A stretch of 53,590 nucleotides of DNA from the NCBI GenBank assembly GCA_021774385.1, contig JAJFJC010000025.1:1-53590 (forward strand), read 5' to 3'. Within the stretch, counting starts at the first letter, position 1, and every line of letters begins with the position of its first letter. This document shows positions 1 to 10,500 of the stretch, piece after piece. The notes below the pieces were generated by a model. It saw nothing but the letters and a program-made list of their open reading frames with translations, was not told the origin of the DNA and made no database searches. Origin of the DNA: Alphaproteobacteria bacterium (GTDB taxonomy: Bacteria; Pseudomonadota; Alphaproteobacteria; UBA8366; GCA-2717185). Position numbers and translations under genes: made by a program.

Positions 1-1500
1 AAAAATCCCTGCCGAAAATCAAATAGCCCGCGCCGGCGTCGACACCGCCCTCGTCATTGAGCTCCGAGCCGACCAACACATCGTCGAAGCCGTCGCCATC
101 GACATCGCCGGCAGCCGAAACAGCCTTGCCACGATTTGATATTTGCGAGCCGCCAGCCTTATCATCCGCCGCCTCGCCGTCGATGAAGAACCCGCCGGTA
201 CCATTGGCAACATCGGTGAGGTTGATACTCGTGATACTGGCTGTCGTACCGAACACGACAAAGGCCGCACCCGAATCCGTCCCACCAACGGTACTGGTAG
301 GCGCGCCAATGATCACATCGTCGAGGCCGTCGCCATTGACGTCACCCGCGATTGAAACGCTGTATCCGGACTGATCGCCGGCGGTTTCACCGATAATCTT
401 AATGCCGCCATTCGCAGGAATGGCATCAAGATCGATATCCGCGCCCAGGCCACTGGCGCCAAAAATTACGTAGGTCGCGCCGGCATCCACGCCGCCCGTG
501 TCATCGCCGGCCGCACCGACTATAAGATCAGCGATCCCATCGCCGTTAAAATCGCCACCGCCGGAAACCGACCCGCCAGCGCTATCGTTATCGATCTGGC
601 CGATAATCTTAAAACCAGCGGTCCCCAGGCTTCCCAAACTCACCGATGAGCCGCCATCGGCCTCGCCAAAGACCACATAAGCCGCTCCGGCGCTGGAACC
701 ACCGGCGTCGTTGCCCGGTGCCGATACGATGATATCGTCGACACCGTCACCGTTCACGTCGCCCGCTGCCGAAACGGCGAGACCCGCGAAATCGGGTGAA
801 AATTCGCCGGTCATTTTAAAACCGTCGAAATTCGCGACAACATCCGTCAGGTTCAATACTGACGTAGGGGCGAACGTATCGCCGAAAACCACATAGGCCG
901 CACCGGAACTGGCACCGGCGCCGTCGTTAAAGGGCGCACCGATAAGAACATCGTCCAGACCATCGCCATTCACGTCACCGGCGGACGACACGAAAAAGCC
1001 TGCCGCGTCTCCAGAGACTTCGCCAACAAACTTGACGAAATCGGTTCCAAGCACCGCGGTGCTTAGGTCAACCGCCGTCGGTCCGGCGGATCCGAATACG
1101 ATATAGGTCGAACCCGTAACCGTGCCGCTGATATCATTGTAGGTTGCGCCAAGGATGATGTCGCCAAAACCGTCACCATCGACATCCCCGGCCGACGCCG
1201 CGCTTGTCGCATGATCTCCGGCAGCCTCACCGGTAATTTTAAAACCACCGGCGCCGCCGGCAATCGCGCCCAAATCGATCGAGGCGGAAAAACCAGCGGT
1301 GGACCCGAACAAGACATAGGCCGCACCGGCATCCACGCCACCCGCGTCATCTTGGAACGCGCTGACGAGAATATCGCCGATCCCATCGCCATTCACGTCC
1401 CCGGCATCGGATACCTGACCGGCCCTGTCGTCGCCATTCTCGCCGATTATCTTGAACCCGTTGGCACCATTGAGGAGACCGAGATCGATACCCAAATTTG
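1..1500 (-). repeat. FG-GAP/VCBS repeat array 2 (propeller-type), continues off the window
   Basis: Recurring units of about 60-70 codons of the type GFKIxGExxxDxxGxSVSxAGDVNGDGxxDxxxGAxxxDxxGxxxGAAYVVFG, read on the reverse strand. Confidence 0.8.
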
Positions 1501-4500
1501 TCTGTACGCCGTCAACGTCAACATCGATATCGACTAACAGCGTCTTGCCGTCGCGCGTGAAGGAGAAGAATTCCTGACTTTCGATCGTGACATTGGTGCC
1601 AACGTCCCAGGTATCCGCCGTTACGATCGAGTTCGTCCCATCGCCCAAGACACTCAGCGTATTCGTATCGGACATCGCCGCTACGTCACGCGATTCCAGG
1701 GTCAGGGTGTTGTTGCTCGTCAAACCAACGGTTTCGATTCCAGAGAGTTTTTCGTCTCCAATCGCCGTTAGATCGACCGCGACTCCCGCGCCGGAAACCG
1801 TCAGCGTATCGTCGCCAAGCCCGCCATCAAGGCGTGAGAAAGTCGCGTCGCCGATCAATAACGTATCGTCACCACTGCCGCCTCTGAGGACATCCGCGCC
1901 GCCATTCCCGGTAAGCAGGTCGTTCCCACCGCCGCCGATCAGAACGTCTATACCGGCCGTACCGTTAAATGCGTTCGCGTTGACGTCGCCTTCCTGCGTT
2001 ACGGCGCTCGAAAAATCGCCGCCATAGACGATATAGGCAGCGCCGCCTCCGGTGGCGCCTTCGTCGTTACCAGGCGCGCCGACGAGCAAATCGTCGTATC
2101 CGTCACCATTCACATCACCCGCAGCCGATACCGACTCGCCTGCAAAATCATCCGTCGCTTCACCCGTAATCCGAAATCCGCCGGTACCCAACGCGACATC
2201 GGCCAGATCTATCGTCGACGATCCACCCGATACGCCAAATACGACGAATACCGAGCCTGTATCTGCGCCGGTGTTGGCCCTTGCGCCGACCAGAAGGTCG
2301 TCAATGCCATCGCCATTGATATCGCCCGCGCCAGAGACGGAGATACCGGCATCATCACCAGCTACCGCGCCGATAATCTTATAGCCATTTCCACCAAGCA
2401 CGAACGAGCCAGAGCTGAACCCATTGGCGCCAAGGACGACATAGGCAGCCCCCGCATCGGTGCCGCCCTCGTCATTGCCGATGGCGCCAACGATAAGGTC
2501 GGATATGCCGTCGCCATTAACGTCACCAGCCGCGGAAACCGAGGTGCCCGCGAAGTTGTTAATCGCCTGGCCGGTCATCCGAACGCCTTGAGCCGTATTC
2601 AAAAGGGCTAAATCGATGGATGTCGGTCCCGCGGCATTGCCGAAAATGAGGTAGGCCGAACCCGATGCACCGCCATTCCCGTCATTCAGCGACGACCCAA
2701 CAAGGACATCGTCAATCCCGTCACCGTTCACATCGCCAGCACCGGAAACCGCGCTGCCGGTCAAATCGATATTCGCCTCGCCAAAAATCGCGAAGCCACC
2801 ATTGTCATTGACGACGTCGCTTAAATTCACGGTAGCGGCCGGTGTCGCGGAGCCGAAGACGACAAATGCCGTGCCGGAACTTCCCCTGAAGTTGGCATCA
2901 TCCAGGGGCGCACCGACAATAACATCGCCAAAACCGTCGCCGTTGACGTCACCCGCGCCGGCGACCGAGGCGCCGGCTTGATCGCCGGCGGACTCGCCAA
3001 CGATTTTGAAGCCGCCCGTTCCCGCGGCGACGTTCGTCAAATTAATGGAGGATGCGAAACTCCCAGTGCCAAAAACAACGTACGCCGCGCCACCAACACC
3101 ATTGTTGTAAGTACCAACGATTAGATCGTCGATGCCGTCGCCATTTACGTCTCCCGCGTCGGCGACTTGTGTCAGCCCGTCAGAGGCGCCCTCGGCCACA
3201 ATATTGAACCCGGGCAAGCTCCCGCCCACATCGTCAAGGTTTACCGAAGACCCGGTATTCGCGGCGCCAAAGACAACGAAAATCTCATCCCCAGGCCCCG
3301 CTTCGTTGCCGGCTTTCGCAACACCGAAGTCAGCGAACCCATCGTTATTGATGTCGCCAAGACCGGAAACGGCTTGTCCGGAAAGATCGCTCGCGGTTCC
3401 GCCGAGCAGTTCAAAGCCATTGCTCCCATCCAATTGGGAGAAGGAAGTCGGCGCGAGGGTCAACTCGGAGGAATCGGTAACCGTAATGTCGGTATCGACA
3501 AGTAACGTACCGACGCCGCTTGTGAACAATTGAAAGTCCACGCCTTCGAAATTAGTTGTACCGCCGTTGCTGAACGCTTCGGTCGTGAAAACCTTGTCAT
3601 CCGTGTCGCCGGTTACCACGAGTATGTTTTCCGCATCGGTTACCGACAGCAGGCTAGATTCGGAAATCGTCAGTGAATTTCCACCGGTACCCGTCAGGTC
3701 GACGGTTTCGATGTTGGAAATCGCGGGCGTGCTCAGCGTCAAGTCGATGCCCGCGCCCTCGCCATCCACGCGTAGCGTATCGTCCCCGGCACCGCCATCG
3801 ACAGCCGAGTCAGCGGCATCGAACACAATTGTGTCGTCGCCGTCTTCGCCGCGCAAATCGTCGGCGCCTCCGCTGCCGTCGAGCACATCGTTGCCGCCAC
3901 GGCCTTGCAATATGTTAAAGCCGGCGTCACCGGTAAGCGTATCGTCGAACTCCGAACCCCGGATACGCTCGATATTGGTGATTGTGTCCGTTCCGCCGAG
4001 ACCGTCAGAAACCGTGACGGTCGCGCCAGTCGAGAGATCCACCGTCACGCCACTTCCAGAGCCGACATAATCGACCCGGTCGTTGGTGCCGCCGCCGCCG
4101 TCGATGAAATCATTTCCGCCAAGACCACGGAAGCTTTCGAAGTCTGTTCCGTCGCTGCCCACCAGCGTATCGGCGAACGCCGAACCCTTAACCTGACTTA
4201 CATTCGTGAAAGTATCGGAACCTACCGACGCATCGCCAACCGCTGTTCCGGCGCCGAAATCGACCGTAACGCCGCCGGTCGCCTTCTGATAACTGATCCG
4301 CGTATTGTCGTTACCGTTGATAACGTCGTTGCCGCCCTGCCCTTCGATATCGATGAAATCGCCAAAATTGGCACTATGCAGATTATCGGCGGTGAAGGTA
4401 TCGGCGAAGTTAGACCCGAACAGCCGGTCAATATTCTCCAACGTGTCGGTTCCAACCGATGCATCGCCGGTGACAGTGCCGGTCGTCGACATATTCGCGG

Positions 4501-7500
4501 TGATGCCCGCCGTCGCATCCGTATAATCGGCGGTGTTAAAATCATTGAGGAAATCGCCGCCGATACTACCCGTTAGGAAGTCGTCACCGGCACCACCCTT
4601 CAGCAAATCGACGCCAGCACCGCCATCCAGCGTATCGTTGCCAGCGTCGCCTTCCAACGTATCGCTGCCGTCGCCACCGCTGAGGTTATCGTTCCCGCCT
4701 TCGCCCTCAAGCTTGTTGTTACCGGCATCGCCGGTCAGGGTATCGCCGAACCCGGAGCCGCGGATGCGCTCGATATTGGTAATCGTATCGGTGCCGCCAA
4801 AACCGTCGCCGGCGGTAACTGTAGCACCACCCGACAGATCGACCGTAACGCCCGCATTTGAATTCAGATAGTCGACCCGGTCGTTCGTACCGCCGCCGCC
4901 ATCGATGAAATCATTGCCGGCCTGGCCACGGAAGCTCTCGAAATTCGCGCCATCTCCGCCAAGCAATGTATCGTCGTTCGATGAGCCTCGCACCTGTGAA
5001 ATGCCGCCGAGCAGGGTATCCGTACCGCCGAACCCATCGTCCGCGGTGCCAGCACCGAGATCGACCGTGACCGCGGCCGACGAGCGTGAGTAACCGATAC
5101 GCGTTGCATCGTTACCCGTAATTGTGTCGTCGCCCTGCATGCCTTCGAATTCGTTGAAACTGCCGAACTGACCAAGATGGGAAGCGCTGGCGAAGAAAGT
5201 ATCTCCGGCCTGACTACCAAATATTCGATCGATGAATTGGAGCGTATCCGTTCCAAATTCCGAACCGCTAACGCTCCCGTCACTGCCGGAATCACCCAGG
5301 TTAATCACCACGGACGCGGTGCCGGCGGAGTAGTCCACCTGGTTGAAATCGTCGTTGGTCCCTTGCGTCCCACCCGTCAGGACATCATTGCCAGCGCTCG
5401 CCAAGAGAAGGTTCGCCCCGGTTCCACCGTCCAGCCGATCGTTCCCCGTACCGCCTTCCAGTTGGTCGTCGCCGTCACCGCCTTCCAGCGTATCGCCATT
5501 GTCGCTCGCGATCAGCAAATCATCCCCGGTCCCGCCGATCACCCTATCGATGCCGGTAATTGTGTCATTGCCGATTTCGTCGCCAGACGCGGTGCCCGCG
5601 AAAAGATCGACCGATATACCAAGCGTGGTACTGGAAAAATCGATCGTATCGATTCCCCCAACGCCACCATCGTAATCATCGTCGCCAAGCCCGCTTCCGG
5701 CGATCAGCGTGTCACTACCCGCGCCGCCGATCACCACATCGTCGCCAGCGCCACCAGTCAGGGTGTCGTCGCCATCGCCGCCATCAATGGTATTGGCATT
5801 CGCGTCGCCGACGATCACGTCACCAGAAGCACTGCCGGTAACGTTCTCGATGCCAGTGACCGTATCGGTCGCGCCGGTCGTCGCCGTACCTTGTTCAAGA
5901 TCGACGGTTCCGCCGACGAGGAGTTCCAGCGTATCCTCACCGGTACCGCCGTCGAAGGTGTCGACCGAAGTATCGTTGGAAACGAACAAGGTATCGTTGC
6001 CGGCACCGCCCTCGCTCAGATCAGCACCCAGGCCATCGGTCAGGAAATCGTCGCCGGCGTCGCCAAGCAGGACGTCATCGCCAGCACCGCCATCAATATC
6101 GTCGTCGCCAGTGGCGCCGCTCAGCGTATTTCCGAGGGCGTCGCCCGTAATCGTATCGTTGCCCGCGCCACCGATGACATGCTCGATATTGGTTAGCGTA
6201 TCACTGTCGATATCTTGTCCCGACGCAAAACCCGTCGAGAGATCGACCGACACCGAATTCGTCGCGCTCGAAAAATCGATGGTGTCGGCACCATCGCCGC
6301 CGTCATAAGTATCGTTGCCCGTGCCGGTCGCCGCGATCAGCGTATCGTCCCCGGCCCCGCCATCGACGGTATCGTCGCCGGCGCCACCGGTAATCGTGTC
6401 GCCACCGTCGCCCCCGGCCAGCAAATCGTTCCCCGCGCCACCCAGAATAATATCATTGCCCGACGAGCCATCGATATTGTCATTGCCGCCACTACCATCG
6501 ATGGTGTCGTTGCCGAGTCCGCCCGGCAAGGTATCGTCACCGCCAGTTCCCGTGATGTTTTGATCGCCGGCCGTGAGGACCTGGGCAATATTTACGAAGG
6601 TATCGATAAAACCCGCGCCGCTAACGGTCCCGGCCTGCAAATCGACGGTAACGCCCTCGAAATCATAGACTAGGACATTGTTGCCGGCACCGCCATCTAT
6701 GAAATCATTGCCGAAACTCCCGAAAATCGTATCGTCGCCACCGCCTGCGTCGACCGTATCCACGCCGGCGCTCGTGGAAATTTCGTCGCCATTGCTCCCA
6801 CCGACAAAGGATTCAATGCCGACGAAAGTATCGAGAACCGCAGCCGATCCGGTTGAAAATTCAGCGGTTTGCGCGCCGAGATCAACCGTGAGAGGCGAAC
6901 CGACATTCGAATAATCCAAAACATCGAAACCGGTACCACCATCATAGGTATCGTCCGCCGCATCGCCGGAGGCGAAGAGCGTATCGTTCCCCGTGCCCGC
7001 GCCAATGATATCTGAGCCCGCGCCACCGGTCAGCGTGTCGTCGCCGTCGCCGCCATCCAGAATATCGTCGCCCGTGCCGCCATCGATAATATCGTTCCCG
7101 GCGCCGCCGAACAGAAAATCGATTCCGGCGAGACCCTCGATCGTATCCGCCCCGGCCGCGCCTAGAATTAAATTATCGCTATTACTGCCGAGAATAACAT
7201 CATCGCCGTCGCCACTGGTCACGCCCTCAATTTCAATGAGCCGGTCATTCCCGACCAGGAAGTCGCCATTCGCGAAGCCCTCGGTTAGGTCGATGTCGAG
7301 GGCCGATGACGTGCTCGAAAATACCACGGTATCGACGCCGTCCCCGCCGTTATAGGTATCATTGCCTTCACCGCTGGCGGCGACAAAGGTATCGTTACCG
7401 GCACCACCAAAAATCGAATCATCGCCGGCGTCGCCGAACAGAGAATCATCGCCGTCGCCACCGTCGATAGCATCATTTCCCGCGCCGCCAATGATAATAT

Positions 7501-10500
7501 CATTGCCCGACGAGCCATCTATATCGTCATTGCCGCCACGGCCATCGATGAGGTCGTTGCCAAGGCCACCCAGCAAAATGTCATCGCCATCCGAGCCCGT
7601 GATACTTTGATCGCCCGTCGTGAGGACCTGAGCAATATTGACGAAGGTATCGATAAAGCCCGCGCCACTGACGGTACCGGCCTGAAAATCAACCGTAAGC
7701 CCATCAAAATCATAGACCAGGATGTCAGTGCCCGTACCGCCATCAATAAAATCATTGCCGAAACTGCCAAGAATAGTGTCATCGCCGCCCGCCGCATCAA
7801 TCGTATCGTTGCCCCCGCTCCCGATGAAGACATCGGCACCGGAACCACCGACGAATTGTTCGAAATTCGTAAAGCTGGAATTCGTTGAAAAGACCGATGC
7901 ACCGCCGCCGAACGAGAAATTATCAAGGGCGTAATTAAATGACGTGCTGTCACCCTGAATGACGACTGACGCGATGTCGGCTTGATCGCTCTGGAACCCA
8001 AAAAAAGAAGTTCCCGAGACCGCCAGCGTATCGGACAAAGAACCGCTGGAAGAAAAATTGATGGTGATGTCAAAAGCAGAGCCCATCGAGCTATTTGTAT
8101 CAAATCCGAACGCGGAGGATGGCGTGTCGAAGGTGATAGTGAGCGCGCGCGGTCCAGTTCCAATCAGGCTATCCAGAAAACCGCCGGCAAACCCACCACC
8201 GGCGTCGATATTAAAGAAACTCCCCGAGCCGACGGGAGTCGAGTAGGTGACGCCGGGCTCGATATCTCCGGCCACGAGACCCGCCTCGGTCGTGAACTGA
8301 TTGAGAATACCCGAATTGATCGGAAAATGACTGGTGGAGGTAAAATCCTCGAGCGTTGTGAAGCCGACCGCCGCATCGAAAACGGCCCGGCTGGCAAATT
8401 GCGTGATTGTCGTCAAGATCTGCGGGGGTGGAAGTGTCTGACTCGTGTTCTGAACATTGACCAACGTTCCTGCGGACAGATCGAAGATCATCGTTTCAGC
8501 GGTACCCGAGAAGCTCAGCGTATCGGTACCACTACCGCCGTCATAGAAGTCGTTACCCACGCTGCCGATGACCAGATCGTCGCCGGCGTCACCGCTAACG
8601 GTATCGTCACCACCGCCGCCATTGAGCGTATCGTCGCCGCCCGCGCCGGAAAGACTATTGTCGGCACCATTACCGGTAATCGTGTCGCCGCCGGCGCCAC
8701 CTTTGACATTCTCGATACCAATAAGCGTATCGCTGTCGATATCGATGCCAGAGGCCGACCCAGACCCAAGATTGACCGTGACCGGCTCAACGGCACTCGA
8801 AAATACCGCGGTATCAACGCCATCCCCACCATTGTATGTGTCGTTGCCTTGCCCGCTTGCCGCAATCAGCGTGTCATCGCCCGCACCACCGATTACGTTG
8901 TCGTTGCCGGCGCCACCAACCAGAAAATCATCACCTTCGCCACCATCGATAATATCGTTTCCATCGCCGCCCAAGATAACGTCGCCACCGCCTTCGCCAG
9001 ACAAATTGTCGCCGAAGCTACTGCCGATTATTTGCTCAGCCCCTTCACCACCGGCAAAGGATTGAGGCTCCGTAGCGCCTCTGCCATCGAACGTAATGGG
9101 AAGGCCGAATTCGCCAATCTCAAATTCAATGACTTCATCATCGTCATCATCATCTTCGTCTATGAGAGCTTCTCCGCCTTCTCCCTCACCGCCACCTGCA
9201 TCACCGCCGTCGCCGCCGTCACCACTAGAAGCCTTATCTGCTTCGTCCTTGCCGAAGTCGGGCTCTTCTTCCTCCTGTTGTTGTTGTTCTTGAATATTTT
9301 CATCGCTGAATTCGCCACCAGTAACACTGACAATGTCAACATTCTCTCCCTCGTCTCCCTCGTCTCCCTCGTCTCCCTCGTCTCCCTCGCCTTCATCGCC
9401 GTCACCCGCGGCTGGTGCGATATCCTCGAGGCCTCCTTCGCCTTCGCCTTCGCCCTCCCCTTCGCCCTTGGCTTCTTCACCTTCAGCCGGTCCTTCAACG
9501 CCGCCCAGTGAACGGCCTTCCGCCTCGCCCTCACCACCGGGCCGGCCTTCGCCTTCACCGCCAGTGGGGCCTTGCCCGCCCTGCGACGGCGCACCGAGGC
9601 CACCGGGAGCATTGCTGGCCGACCCATAATTGGCATCGATCTGGCTCTGCGACAGCACAACCGGTTCACTCGGCGGAGCGAGGAAATTGGTCACGATGGT
9701 CGTAGCGTATTGGTCACTCATGATGACCGTACCGCCCTGCGTCACGATCGCGATCTCGCCGTCGATGACCGTGAACTTCGTTTCTTCGCCAGCAGGCTTG
9801 ACGTCGCCGGCGACCTTGGTGCCGCGAATACCAATCGTGGCGACTGGCGTCGTTACGGTCATCTTGGTGTTGTCGGTCGACGCGATTTGGCCGCTGACGA
9901 AGACGAATACGCCCTTCAGGATCGAAAAGGAAGATTGACCCTGTTGGGTCGCGGGGTTGTAGACCATCTCGTCGAGGGCCAAACGCGCCGAATCGCCAAG
10001 CGCGAACGTTGTTTCGTCAACGAACAGCAAATTGATCGCGCCACCATCGCCGGTCTCGATCACGTCACCTTGGAAGACCGGATCGCCGGCCGACAGCGCG
10101 ACCCGCGTCCCATCGGTCCGCACCGCGAAGGCTTGTCCTGTGAGATCCTTTACCTGGCCAATCGGTTGCCCCGCCTGCGCCAATTGGTCACCGGCCGCCG
10201 CATATTGTCCTGCCGCCTCTGGCGGCGTGAAGGACCGCACCATTGCCGCCGTCATGCGGCCACCTTCGGGCGTCACCAGGTCGGGTGGATTGTCGAGCAG
10301 GAAGTAGTCACGAACGATAAATGTCGTCCCATCAGTACCGATCAGGACAAGATCATCGCCTTGCTGTAGATAAGCCGCATCGGACAAAAACCGACCGCTC
10401 GGCAACAATACCGATTCGCCCGGTGTCACATCAACGGTTGTGAGCGGCTCCAAACTGTCAGTATTTTCTAACCGGCCGACAGAAACCGGTGTCGTGGCTG

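Noticed and set aside
7519-8163. Reverse-strand ORFs in the left 10 kb, for example 7519-8163, 8164-8397, 4864-5295 and 9160-9669.
   Set aside because: - All 14 lie in the 0 mod 3 reverse frame, not in the frame that carries the repeat motifs.
- The sequences are Arg/Ser/Ala-rich junk. For example, RETRETRETRE is just the 9-bp repeat read out of frame.
7982-9511. A 509-aa plus-strand ORF, the longest the track lists in the left 10 kb. Similar plus-strand ORFs lie at 5177-6196, 5709-6308, 3905-4576, 1587-2027 and 9572-10369.
   Set aside because: - These are antisense shadows of the giant minus-strand gene.
- Their translations are Pro/Ser/Arg/Ile-rich low-complexity strings with no motifs.
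- The opposite strand carries RTX and FG-GAP motifs in one continuous frame.
10187-10216. Di-alanine motifs EAAG and AAAG at residues 100-109 of the giant protein as LapG cleavage sites.
   Set aside because: - They lie upstream of the retention-like beta-sandwich rather than after it, so cleavage there would not release the adhesin.
- The PAAG at 9404-9415 is the better candidate.
1-10500. Whether the dense repeats could be a CRISPR array or another non-coding repeat array.
   Set aside because: - The repeats are in-frame protein repeats (9-aa RTX units, FG-GAP units of about 65 aa, super-repeats of 0.8-1.05 kb) with degenerate DNA identity.
- There is no repeat-spacer structure and no cas gene.
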